The notes: a model not told the origin generated them from the letters alone. Shown: positions 38,450 through 47,634, counted from the stretch's first letter. The stretch is DNA of 64,000 bases from Patescibacteria group bacterium (GCA_041650755.1 JBAZKN010000001.1:238886-302885), one strand, 5' to 3'. A program made the numbers and translations.

Positions 38450-40783
38450 TTAGTCAAGAGGAAAATTGTCCTTGCTGACCGTTTGTTTGACGTATTGGTT
38501 AGTCCTGACTTTTTCAATAAATTTCACAGCCTCCGTTTCATAATTGCCGCCAAATTTTTTGATTTGCCCGGCAATAGCAATTGCTTTATCTTTTTCGCCA
38601 ATATTGGCATAAGACAAAGCCAAACTGATCCAGTATTCCGGATTATCCTGATAGTTTTGAGTCAGCAAAGAATAAAAGTTGACTGCCCAGGAAAAATTAT
38701 CAGCATAGACAGCTGAATTGGCCAGACGATTCAATGTTTTCTCCTTTTTATAATCAATCCCCAAAGCATCCATTTGATCAATATAGCTCTGGATTTTTTC
38801 CGGCATATCCCCCGGCAAAAGTGCCATAACCATATTAACATAAGATTCGTCTGTGTATGGATTTAGATCAATGGCTTTTTGAAAATTAGCCAGCAGCTTA
38901 TCCTGATAAATTTTGGCTTCGCCAATTTTCCCCTGCTCTTTCATCCATAAATATAGGTAAAGCTCGCCATAGCCCATTTCATAATAAAACTGCTGCCTGG
39001 TAGGGCTATATTTTATGGCTTCCTGACCGAGCTTATCTACTTCGTACAAACGATTAACGTCCAAAATATAGGTATAATTATAATGCCTCATAGCCAACAA
39101 ATAATTGGCTGCATCAAATGGGTCGGCTTGCTGGCGCTGTTTAAGCAGAGCATCTATCTTTTCCGTGTATTGCATGGCTACGTAGGGCGTAACTTTTTTA
39201 TTTATCAATAAATGATTAGAAAATTCTACCAGCTGACGCAAAAATTCATTACTACCGGAACTATGGTAATTCATGGCCTTAATAAAAGTCTGAAAAGATT
39301 TGTCAGTATCCACCGCCTCAAGGCGCAAAGCTTGGATAAAAGTAAGGTTGGCCTTGGTCTCGCGCCAGTTCACAAAATACATAATTGGAACAAAGGCCAA
39401 TAAATAAACGATAAAAGAAATTAGAACAATTTTATTATTGCGATAAGCCCGGCGCGGCTCAATATATTTCTGGGCCACCATGGCTAATAATAGTAGGAGC
39501 GGCAAATAAGTCACCAATGCTTCAAACACAACTAGGCCTTGTATAACAAAGGCTAGCGCCATCAAAAATAAAATTTGCTGGCTAAGCACGGCTTGCCAGG
39601 GCTCGCCCTTATCAAGCTGCAGCACTTTGCGGCCCAAAATATACAAAGGGCCAAGGATCAAAAATAAATACAATATAAAGCCCACCAAGCCGCCAGTCAC
39701 CAAGTGATCCAAAAATATATTGTGCGCCCGATCAAACCAGATGATCGCTCCGGCATGAGCAAAAATATTCGGATTATAATATTTATTAAAAACTCTATAA
39801 AAATTTTCCGCTCCCCAGCCAAAAATTGGTTTTTCTTTAAAGCCTTGCCAAGCCGATCCCCAAGCCATAAAACGAGTTTGCATGGTGCGCTCACCTAGGG
39901 ATATACTTGTCAAACGTGTCAGAGCAGTGCTATTTTGCACCCAAGGCTGACCTTTGTTTATATAAGCAAAAGACAAAAACCCCACAAAGATAAGGCCTAA
40001 AATTAGCAAACTATACTTAATTTTTTTCTGCGGCAAACGTAATAGATTGTAGACTATAAATACTAAAATACTAACCAGCAAAGCAATCAAAGCTCCCCTG
40101 GTGCCAGATTGAAAAATAATAAATATATCCAAAAGAATCCCCAAAATATAATAAATGCTCAAATAACGCGATTTTCTTTGCAGGGCCAAATAGGCGCCGG
40201 CAAAAACAGCAAACAGTAAATAACCGGCCGTATAGGCGGCATTGCCTATAGTTGAGGCTACCCTGTCATTGGAAATCAAAGATGATTTGTTTATCAGATC
40301 TATACCCAAATACTGCAAAAAGCCAAAAACAGCAACCACTTGCGCTGCCAAGAAAAAAATATCCCACAATACAGACCACTCTTTTTTGCTGTTTATAAAA
40401 TTGCGCAAAACCAAAAACCAGATAAATAAATGCAGCCAGAGCAAAAGCCCCTCGCTCCTCTCGGTATTGCTCCAAAAGCTAAAATAAAAATTTCCCCCAA
40501 TAAGAGAAGAAACAAACAGGCTGACAAGAAACAAGGCAAAGACAATGCTTAGCCAGTCAACTTTTAGCAGGCTGTCTTTGCGCAAATACCATCTCGCTAG
40601 CCATAAAAGCAATAAAAGTTCCGTCAGTATGCGAAAAACTATAGCTTTGCTGGAAATAAAGGGAAACAATAAATCACTGTTGACATAAGTAGGCACCAAC
40701 ATTATTAAACCCAAAACTACCCAAATAGCGCCGTCTATAAATTTTAGTTTTGACATTCTGTTATTATTTAAAACTTGGATCAA
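38450..40783 (-). CDS. O-antigen ligase / Wzy_C family membrane protein with C-terminal TPR region (paralog 3)
   Basis: SGTRGALIALLVSILV...RAHNIFLDHLVTGGLVGF (H-N-x9-G-xx-G), followed by a TPR-rich C-terminal half. Confidence 0.7.
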   Translation of the reverse strand: MIQVLNNNRMSKLKFIDGAIWVVLGLIMLVPTYVNSDLLFPFISSKAIVFRILTELLLLLWLARWYLRKDSLLKVDWLSIVFALFLVSLFVSSLIGGNFYFSFWSNTERSEGLLLWLHLFIWFLVLRNFINSKKEWSVLWDIFFLAAQVVAVFGFLQYLGIDLINKSSLISNDRVASTIGNAAYTAGYLLFAVFAGAYLALQRKSRYLSIYYILGILLDIFIIFQSGTRGALIALLVSILVFIVYNLLRLPQKKIKYSLLILGLIFVGFLSFAYINKGQPWVQNSTALTRLTSISLGERTMQTRFMAWGSAWQGFKEKPIFGWGAENFYRVFNKYYNPNIFAHAGAIIWFDRAHNIFLDHLVTGGLVGFILYLFLILGPLYILGRKVLQLDKGEPWQAVLSQQILFLMALAFVIQGLVVFEALVTYLPLLLLLAMVAQKYIEPRRAYRNNKIVLISFIVYLLAFVPIMYFVNWRETKANLTFIQALRLEAVDTDKSFQTFIKAMNYHSSGSNEFLRQLVEFSNHLLINKKVTPYVAMQYTEKIDALLKQRQQADPFDAANYLLAMRHYNYTYILDVNRLYEVDKLGQEAIKYSPTRQQFYYEMGYGELYLYLWMKEQGKIGEAKIYQDKLLANFQKAIDLNPYTDESYVNMVMALLPGDMPEKIQSYIDQMDALGIDYKKEKTLNRLANSAVYADNFSWAVNFYSLLTQNYQDNPEYWISLALSYANIGEKDKAIAIAGQIKKFGGNYETEAVKFIEKVRTNQYVKQTVSKDNFPLD

Positions 40784-41444
40784 TAGCTAATAATTTTTCT
40801 TTATACATAGCGGACTTTTCCGGATCGCTATCAGCAAAAAAAGTATACAAATATTGGTAAAATTGCCTTTGCTCCACATTGCCAGCCTTAGCTACACCCT
40901 CTAGCATTATGGCTTCTACTTTGCCGGGGTTAGCCGGCAAATAACCAGCCGTATAAAGCTCAGCATAAGATTGATAGTCAAAAAAATAGCCAATATTATC
41001 TATCTGAATTGTCTTGTCATAATAATAGACGGATTTTTCATAATCATTGCCAAATACTTTATAATAATTGCCTAAATTGCTATAAGCCAAAGGTCGCTTG
41101 GGATTCAACACAATAGCATACTGCCAAGCTTCCACTGCGCCGGCATAATCCTTTAGGCCCAGCTTGGTGTTCCCAATATCTACCCAAATGTCATATTTAT
41201 CAAAATCAATGTTTTGGCGCAAATAATCATAGTCTTTATTTAAGCGAGTGACTAGATCGCCAAAAGCAGACTCTGGGTCTTTACTCACTTGGGGAAAATC
41301 ATCTAGCGTATAAACTTTGGTAATATCGGGTTGATTACTGACCGTTGATTGCTTGTCTTTTATAAAAAATCCCAGGCCAATAAGCAGGCCAATAACAACT
41401 ACCAAAATTATGATAAAAATAAATTTTTTTCGATTTAAATGCAT
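40764..41444 (-). CDS. Membrane-anchored TPR-repeat protein
   Basis: N-terminal TM segment FIFIIILVVVIGLLIGLGFF, then TPR-like repeats (AGAVEAWQYAIVLNP...). Confidence 0.55.
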   Translation of the reverse strand: MHLNRKKFIFIIILVVVIGLLIGLGFFIKDKQSTVSNQPDITKVYTLDDFPQVSKDPESAFGDLVTRLNKDYDYLRQNIDFDKYDIWVDIGNTKLGLKDYAGAVEAWQYAIVLNPKRPLAYSNLGNYYKVFGNDYEKSVYYYDKTIQIDNIGYFFDYQSYAELYTAGYLPANPGKVEAIMLEGVAKAGNVEQRQFYQYLYTFFADSDPEKSAMYKEKLLAIDPSFK

Positions 41445-41466
41445 AATTTCTATTTAATACCTGCTA

Positions 41467-41495
41467 ATTCTAAAATATTTTGGAGCTTCTGACAA
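41467..41495 (-). promoter_or_regulatory. Putative sigma70 promoter TTGTCA-N17-TAGAAT for the TPR / ligase-3 / GT39 operon
   Basis: -35 is the RC of tgacaa at 41490-41495; -10 is the RC of attcta at 41467-41472. The ATG is at 41444 (~16-nt leader). Confidence 0.45.
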
Positions 41496-41525
41496 GCCCC
41501 CGTCCCGCATTGCGGGACGGGGGCT
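41495..41525 (-). terminator. Strong GC-rich hairpin (14-bp perfect stem, 3-nt loop), a terminator for the large surface-protein gene
   Basis: AGCCCCCGTCCCGC-att-GCGGGACGGGGGCT, 55 nt downstream of the stop at 41580. On the minus strand it is followed by TTGTCAG, and on the plus strand by TGTCTTTAT, so it could act in either direction. Confidence 0.6.
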
Positions 41526-41579
41526 GTCTTTATATAAACCACTTCAAATAAAGCAATTTATACGAGCTGTCAAGAAAAC

Positions 41580-44500
41580 TTAGCTTGACCAACCAATGAC
41601 GTAAGCTGTACCTGTGGTATTGGCACCCAAACCGGATACTAAGTAGCCGTTGTACCATTGACCATAGGCAGTAGCATTAGAGCCATCGGTAGCTAAGCCG
41701 CGGTTCTTGAAGTTATCTGACCAGACAAAGTTGCCTTGGTTCATAGTGCCCCAAGCATCAGCCAAGTTTTGGCCAGCAGCAGCTGGAGTACCAAAACTAG
41801 CGGCTGGTGTGGATGAAGCAGTATCACCCAACATAGAAACGCTCAAGTTATCACCAGTGCCAGCAGTAGCGATTGTACAATTCAACTTGTAAGTCATGCT
41901 AGCGCCCGGAGAAATCATCAAAGCCTCTTTGGTGTCACCAGCAGAAACAGTTGGATTATCAAAAACATAGCTGACATAACCTGCTGTAGTGGCATCAACA
42001 TCAGTTAAATTAGTGGAAGCACCAACTGTATTGCCCTCTGAGTCTTTAACATAACATGAAGAGACTGAGATGGCACCATCACCGCCAGTGGCAATCTCAA
42101 AGCTTGTTCTATAGAGCAAGACTTCCGAGCCATTGGCATCGGCCGCTACCTTATAGGCAAAGACGTCAGATGCGCCATTGACCATAGCAGTAGCCGCACC
42201 CAAAACATTGCCAGACTGTGAATAAGTCACAGTTGGGATAGCCTTGTGAATTATCATGGATGATGTGGTTGAACCATTGTAGGTTTCAGTAGAGACAGTA
42301 GCGTTGGATGAATTACCGATTGCGGTAATACCATCTGTACCGCCAATACCAAACCTGACATCAGCCGCTGGAGTAGCTGGAGCATTGTCCAAGTTCTGGT
42401 TGATAGTACCGATATCAGCCTTGATGGTCAAGATCTTTGACTGATCTTGTTGAACAGTCAAGACGCCGCGATCAAGGTTGAAAGTAATATAACCATTAGA
42501 TGAGACAGGACCGCTGGCAATCACCTTGGTGCCATCATAGACATAAAGTTGAGTTACGTCTTGATAGTTACCAGTAGCTGTGCCGGTCAAGCCGCCATCA
42601 GTCGTGAAGATTTTCAAAACTGTCACATCAATTGGCTCATATTGGGCATCCAATTTGATGGAGCCAAAAGTTACGCCAGTTGCACCAGCGCGCACAAAGC
42701 CGTTAGTTGGATTATTAGAGGTGCTGATAGTGATTGAACCACCGGCTGAGTAGGTCAAAACTGCGCCGTTATCAGCTGTCAAAGCCAAAGTAGCGCGATT
42801 GCCTGTGCTCACACCATAGGCCAATACTGAAGCATTGGCTGTGGTATTGGTATCAGTCAAACCAAATTCAGATGACTGATTGGTGGTAGCAGCACTGTTG
42901 ATATCACCAACTAATTGGATGGTCCTGTTAGTACCCTTGGTGATGATAATTGGATCATCAAAGGCAAAGGTTGAAGACTGGCCATCGCCGGCTGTCGGAG
43001 CATCATTGATTGGGCTCTTGGCTACGCCGCCGCTGCCATAAACACCATCATAAACTGTCAAGTTTGACACTTCGGTTGAAGAAGCGGCAAAGACCAATGA
43101 AGTTATTCTGATGTTTTCGCCAGAATTGGTAGCATCAAAGTTCCATGAACCCAATAATACGTCCTGGGCGCCTTTGATGACATTGTTGCTGGATGGCAAA
43201 GTATTGCGGGTAACTGTCAAGTATGCGGCTTTGACAGTCTGGGTGTTGGTGTCTATCTGTGAAGCAGTAGTCGGGGTAATAGCATCACCAGTTGTCTGAC
43301 CAGTAGCAATGATCTTGCTAGCTGGAGTATTCAAAGAGGCATAAATAGTGTCATTGGTTGCCCAACCACCATTAGTAGACAAATTACCAACTACCTTAAC
43401 CACTGTATCACCCACCGGCAAAGTAAAGGTATCGGTGAATGGTACGGTCAAAGCAGTCAAATCAGTTGGACCAGCCAAGGTTTTGCCATTGGCGTCAACC
43501 AACTTAACAGCCTGCAAAGCATCTTCGATCTGACTGCCAGATGAAGAAGTAATGGTCAAAGTCAAAGCAGTCACATCAATTGGCTCACCTTTGACAGTGA
43601 ATTTGAAAGCACCCAAGGTTTGATCGTTGCCAACAGTGATGTTGGTAGCGGTGACCGTGTTGCTTCTTTCAACAGTCATAGTACCACTGGAAATGGTGGC
43701 TGTATTGCCCCAGAACACCGGATTGGTGGTAGCTGAAGCAGAAGTGCCAGTGCCAGAAGTTGTCGGGGTGATATTATAGCCATAGGTTTGGCCTTGGACC
43801 AAAATATCAGTGCGGCGATAAAAGCCGACCTGAACAGTTCTGGCTGAACCACTCTCAACATCAGCCCTTATCTGGAATTGATAGGTTTGACCTTTAGGAA
43901 TGGTCAAAGGTGAAGTCAAGATAAAGTTGATGTATTTGCTATTGCTAGTATCGACAACACCATCAGCTATTTTGGTACCGTCTCTCAATAGTTCCCAATT
44001 GTTCAAATCACTGGTCAAAGAAGCAGTGCCAATCTGATAAGCTGACATTTGCTTCAAAGTCACATCTTCAGCTGAACCAGCCTGGATTTGGAAAGCGGTA
44101 AAAGTATAGTCAGTCTTACCAACTTCCAAAGCAGTGGAGGTAGCGTTTAGATATGAACCACGAGAAACAGTGGCTGAACCAATGGTGATAGTGGCATTCA
44201 ATGTCTGGGTATTGCCATAAATTGGCAAGGTGCCAGACACAGTGCCGCCGCCAGTCAAGGTGATAGATGACACACCCAAAGCTGGGGCTTCACCAGCATA
44301 GTCGGTCAAGGTACCCATATTACCAGACAAGATCAAATACTTGGTAGTATTGGCTGGAATGGTAATATCTTTGGTAAAGGTAGCTTCATGGTTAGAATTG
44401 AAAGTTTTGGAATTAGTATCAAGCGGTAAATTTGTGCTAGCATCCAAAACATCAACGCTAGAGAAAGCGCCGTCCTGACCAATGCCGCCTCGTTTGACAA

Positions 44501-45344
44501 TCATGGTGTCAATAGTAGCGGCTTGGCTGCCAGTAGTCACTGCCAATTTGGTAAATGGAGCTCTGGCTGAATTGCTGACTACCATACCAGAAGCTGGGGT
44601 ATCAGCAGCCAAAGAAACGGTCACACCACCAGTATTGCCAGGAGTGGGTGTTGAGCTGGTCAAACCGGCCAAAGCACTCTCCTTGCTGGTGATAGAAGTA
44701 CCGTCAGTGTAGGCAGACAAATCTGTGACAGTGATCACATCGGCAGTGTTGAAATTGTTATCAGCAAAGCCGGTTCCGGCAAATGGTCTCTTGGTTGAAC
44801 CATCAATATAATAAGTGGTTGAACCAGATTTAACCAGAGTACCAGTTGGGTACGTGCTGGATAAATCAGTACCTACAGTATAGGTAGAAGAGAAAAAGCC
44901 AGGGATCACATCATAGACTTTTTTGGCCCAATCGCTGCCATACAAAGTAGAAGCGGTGCTTGCATCTGGAATCCAGCGGATCACACTATTTGGTTCCACT
45001 GCGTAGATTTTTGCAGTGTTCATGTGTGTGACCAGCTTGGTGCCAGGGCGAAGACCGACAGCACCACCATCAGGATATTTATCCAACTCAGTCACTGGAA
45101 CTCTGACTACTTTGTCAAAGTTTGTGTACCAAGTGAAATATTCCTTGGTGCTGGGGAAAACCTTCTTAGTGCCATTGTCCATAACAATATAGACAGCTGC
45201 ACCTTTCTGACCTTGCAATGCCAACAATGAGCCGGCTGGGTAACTACCAGCAGCTTGGGCAGTAGATACAAAACCTGCACCCACTGACCAAAGAATGGTG
45301 GTCATTACCACAGCGGAGGTAAAAATTTTCTTGAGTAAACTCAT
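41580..45344 (-). CDS. Large secreted cell-surface protein (1254 aa), S-layer/adhesin-like, T/S/G/A/N-rich
   Basis: Signal peptide MSLLKKIFTSAVVMTTILWSVGAGFVSTAQA|AG. Long low-complexity beta-rich repeats. Aromatic-rich C-terminus (YGQWYNGYLVSGL...YVIGWSS). Confidence 0.6.
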   Translation of the reverse strand: MSLLKKIFTSAVVMTTILWSVGAGFVSTAQAAGSYPAGSLLALQGQKGAAVYIVMDNGTKKVFPSTKEYFTWYTNFDKVVRVPVTELDKYPDGGAVGLRPGTKLVTHMNTAKIYAVEPNSVIRWIPDASTASTLYGSDWAKKVYDVIPGFFSSTYTVGTDLSSTYPTGTLVKSGSTTYYIDGSTKRPFAGTGFADNNFNTADVITVTDLSAYTDGTSITSKESALAGLTSSTPTPGNTGGVTVSLAADTPASGMVVSNSARAPFTKLAVTTGSQAATIDTMIVKRGGIGQDGAFSSVDVLDASTNLPLDTNSKTFNSNHEATFTKDITIPANTTKYLILSGNMGTLTDYAGEAPALGVSSITLTGGGTVSGTLPIYGNTQTLNATITIGSATVSRGSYLNATSTALEVGKTDYTFTAFQIQAGSAEDVTLKQMSAYQIGTASLTSDLNNWELLRDGTKIADGVVDTSNSKYINFILTSPLTIPKGQTYQFQIRADVESGSARTVQVGFYRRTDILVQGQTYGYNITPTTSGTGTSASATTNPVFWGNTATISSGTMTVERSNTVTATNITVGNDQTLGAFKFTVKGEPIDVTALTLTITSSSGSQIEDALQAVKLVDANGKTLAGPTDLTALTVPFTDTFTLPVGDTVVKVVGNLSTNGGWATNDTIYASLNTPASKIIATGQTTGDAITPTTASQIDTNTQTVKAAYLTVTRNTLPSSNNVIKGAQDVLLGSWNFDATNSGENIRITSLVFAASSTEVSNLTVYDGVYGSGGVAKSPINDAPTAGDGQSSTFAFDDPIIITKGTNRTIQLVGDINSAATTNQSSEFGLTDTNTTANASVLAYGVSTGNRATLALTADNGAVLTYSAGGSITISTSNNPTNGFVRAGATGVTFGSIKLDAQYEPIDVTVLKIFTTDGGLTGTATGNYQDVTQLYVYDGTKVIASGPVSSNGYITFNLDRGVLTVQQDQSKILTIKADIGTINQNLDNAPATPAADVRFGIGGTDGITAIGNSSNATVSTETYNGSTTSSMIIHKAIPTVTYSQSGNVLGAATAMVNGASDVFAYKVAADANGSEVLLYRTSFEIATGGDGAISVSSCYVKDSEGNTVGASTNLTDVDATTAGYVSYVFDNPTVSAGDTKEALMISPGASMTYKLNCTIATAGTGDNLSVSMLGDTASSTPAASFGTPAAAGQNLADAWGTMNQGNFVWSDNFKNRGLATDGSNATAYGQWYNGYLVSGLGANTTGTAYVIGWSS

Positions 45345-45387
45345 GTTTGATTTTAATTAATCAATGCTCTTTACGATATCAATTTAG

Positions 45388-45439
45388 CCATCATGATAGG
45401 GCACCCCGCTCAGCGGAGCTAAAAAACTATCATCCTGGT
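45388..45439 (-). promoter_or_regulatory. Imperfect 12-bp inverted repeat enclosing a small CCGC-TCA-GCGG hairpin, in the leader/upstream region of the surface-protein gene
   Basis: ccatcatgatag (45388-45399) pairs with ctatcatcctgg (45428-45439) at 10 of 12 positions. The inner hairpin is at 45406-45416. Confidence 0.3.
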
Positions 45440-45748
45440 CATCCACTCTTTCGAGGCCGACCTTTCTGATAAGCCAAGTAATAGGCTCTATCAAATGATC
45501 TAAATGATAAACTATAAAGAACACCTAATTAGATACTCTCTCTGCCGTACGGACATCGAGAGCTTCCCTAAAGTCGCGCGCGATTTAGCGATAAGTTAGG
45601 GACAACAACAACTAATTAATCATTACATAATTGTTAATTGTCTCAATTAAACAATTAACTATTAGTTACTATTGCCCATAACCTATCTGCGACTGACTAG
45701 GCCGCGTCGCACACTATTTGGGAAAAATTATTTTTTTAAAATAACTTT

Positions 45749-47077
45749 TTATTGAAAGAGCTCTGTTTCTGTATTCTCTGGCATGATAATGCCTTCCTCT
45801 GCTTTAATCTCCCGATTGATATCTTCGGTATCAGTAGTCGTCTCACTGGATGATTTTATCGGCTGACCTATCGGCAAACTTCTAGTGGAAGAGGCATTGA
45901 CAGGCGGTGTACTGGTGGAATTCTTATTATCTTTGGGTTCATCAGCCTGATTTTCGATATTTTTCAAAACTGTTTCTGTGGCTTGGGTCTTTTCTTTGAC
46001 TTCCACTATCTTATTTAAAGTGTCTTTAAAGGCGCCCTTGTCCAGTAGCTCCTTAGCTTCATTCAAACCAGCTTGGGCCTCTGCCGGGCTTTTCTTGATA
46101 TTGTCGATACTTTGGGCATCAACGCCGGATTTTTCGTCTACAATCTGGACTTTATCTTTTACGCCCTGCACTTCTGAAGATAAATCTTGGATAGCAGAGT
46201 CAAGCATCTTAGAAACCGCCTCTTGGACAGCCTTTACTTCTTGAGAGCTTGGATTATTATCGTCAATTTTGACTGTGGTGCTGGCTGGGGTGTTAATTGG
46301 AGCCTGCCCGCCGTCTTGCTGGGCTACTGCCTTGGCAACCACCTCTTCATGAACCTCTAGAGCCAGGGAAACAGCTGAAGTCTTGACATCATCATTCACT
46401 TGCTTGGCGTTATCCAAAGCCTCTTCAATAACTTTATCTTGAGAATCATTGGCTTTGGCAGCCAAAGTAGAAGCAGTCTCTTTGGTGGCGTTGGTGACTT
46501 TTTCTGCCAAGGCAACGACTGCTATCGGATCTTTCTCACCTGTCTCTTTGACTACCCGCAAAGTAGTATTGGCGGCTACCACGTCTTTTTCTAAATGACT
46601 GACTGCCTGCTTAATGGCCTTTTCTTTTTGCACATCAGCCGCAGAATTATTATTGTCAGTAGTTTCACTCAAAATCTTGTCTATCTCATCCAAACGCTTA
46701 CCAGCATGCTTGATGTGTAGTTCGGTTTCTTTTACCGGCCCCCAGGCCAAGGCCAACTCCCCTTTCTCTAAACCGCGCTTGAGTGACCAAAGCGTATCAC
46801 CCGGCACAGCTGCTTGAGCAACTACGCCAAGACCAGAACCAATGGACAAAACCAAAAAAACAGCGATTGCTTTGGTCGCCTGCGACATCAATCTCACGCC
46901 CAAGCGCATGCCGAATATGTCCAATTTTTCAGCAGAAGTCAAACTTTGGGCCTTCATCAACTTATTTTGAACATAAATTTCTGACAATAAGTTGTATTTG
47001 GTAGTTCGGACCCACTTTTTTTCTGGCTGCAATTCTGGCAAATACTTGAGGTGGGATAATTTTTTTCTTAGACTCAT
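45749..47077 (-). CDS. Single-pass membrane protein downstream of ECF sigma; putative anti-sigma factor (DUF5667-like), coiled-coil-rich
   Basis: ~68-aa cytoplasmic N-terminus, a TM segment AIAVFLVLSIGSGLGVVAQAA, then ...PGDTLWSLKRGLEKGELALA..., and a long K/E/A/V-rich extracellular region. Gap to the sigma gene is 5 nt. Confidence 0.45.
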   Translation of the reverse strand: MSLRKKLSHLKYLPELQPEKKWVRTTKYNLLSEIYVQNKLMKAQSLTSAEKLDIFGMRLGVRLMSQATKAIAVFLVLSIGSGLGVVAQAAVPGDTLWSLKRGLEKGELALAWGPVKETELHIKHAGKRLDEIDKILSETTDNNNSAADVQKEKAIKQAVSHLEKDVVAANTTLRVVKETGEKDPIAVVALAEKVTNATKETASTLAAKANDSQDKVIEEALDNAKQVNDDVKTSAVSLALEVHEEVVAKAVAQQDGGQAPINTPASTTVKIDDNNPSSQEVKAVQEAVSKMLDSAIQDLSSEVQGVKDKVQIVDEKSGVDAQSIDNIKKSPAEAQAGLNEAKELLDKGAFKDTLNKIVEVKEKTQATETVLKNIENQADEPKDNKNSTSTPPVNASSTRSLPIGQPIKSSSETTTDTEDINREIKAEEGIIMPENTETELFQ

Positions 47078-47082
47078 ATATT

Positions 47083-47634
47083 TTATTGATTGATAGTCAA
47101 GCTTTTTAGCTTGGCTAAAGCGCGATGCAAGAGAACGCGCACATTATTTTTATCTTTTTGCAGAATACCGGCTATATCTTCGATGGACAAATCTTCCACA
47201 AAGCGTAAGAGCAAAACTTCTTGGTATTCTGGTTTTAAATTACGCAATAGTTTGAGCAGAGTCTCGGTGTCCATGGACTTATCTAGAGTAGCCGCTTTAT
47301 CGTCCGCTGGCTCCTGGCTCTCATCCAAATATTCCAGAGGCAGCTCTTGGCGATATGATTTGCGATAATAATCCACTACTGAATTTCTGGCAATGCGGAA
47401 AATAAAGGCGGAAAAGCTGCGAATATCTTTTTTATCAACCAGGTGCTGCCAAATCTTCAAAAATATATCTTGGGTAAGGTCCTCGGCCACCTGCTTATCA
47501 GAAACCTTGATAAAGACAAAACGATATATCCGATCTACATATTGGTCATAAAAAAAAGAAAAAGCGTCTGAATCACCGGATTTTAGCCGCAAAAAAGCTA
47601 TCTTTTCTTGTAAGTTGCTCCTTAAACTATTCAT
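47083..47634 (-). CDS. ECF-type RNA polymerase sigma factor (sigma-70 regions 2 and 4)
   Basis: Region 2 is RIYRFVFIKVSDKQVAEDLTQDIFLKIW. Region 4 HTH is LSIEDIAGILQKDKNNVRVLLHRALAKLK. Confidence 0.85.
   Translation of the reverse strand: MNSLRSNLQEKIAFLRLKSGDSDAFSFFYDQYVDRIYRFVFIKVSDKQVAEDLTQDIFLKIWQHLVDKKDIRSFSAFIFRIARNSVVDYYRKSYRQELPLEYLDESQEPADDKAATLDKSMDTETLLKLLRNLKPEYQEVLLLRFVEDLSIEDIAGILQKDKNNVRVLLHRALAKLKSLTINQ

Noticed and set aside
41580-45344. Surface protein as an RTX or Ca-binding repeat toxin
   Set aside because: No GGxGxD nonapeptide repeats and no C-terminal T1SS signal pattern recognised. It has a classical Sec signal peptide instead.
45345-45748. Possible structured ncRNA (RNase P RNA, tmRNA or SRP RNA) in the 404-nt spacer
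   Set aside because: No conserved RNase P P4/CR-I/CR-II motifs. No tRNA-like 3' end or ANDENYALAA-type tag reading frame. No SRP domain IV GGAA/AGCA motif. A TTCGAGG stretch has no acceptor-stem or D-loop partner for a tRNA. Treated as a leader or regulatory region instead.
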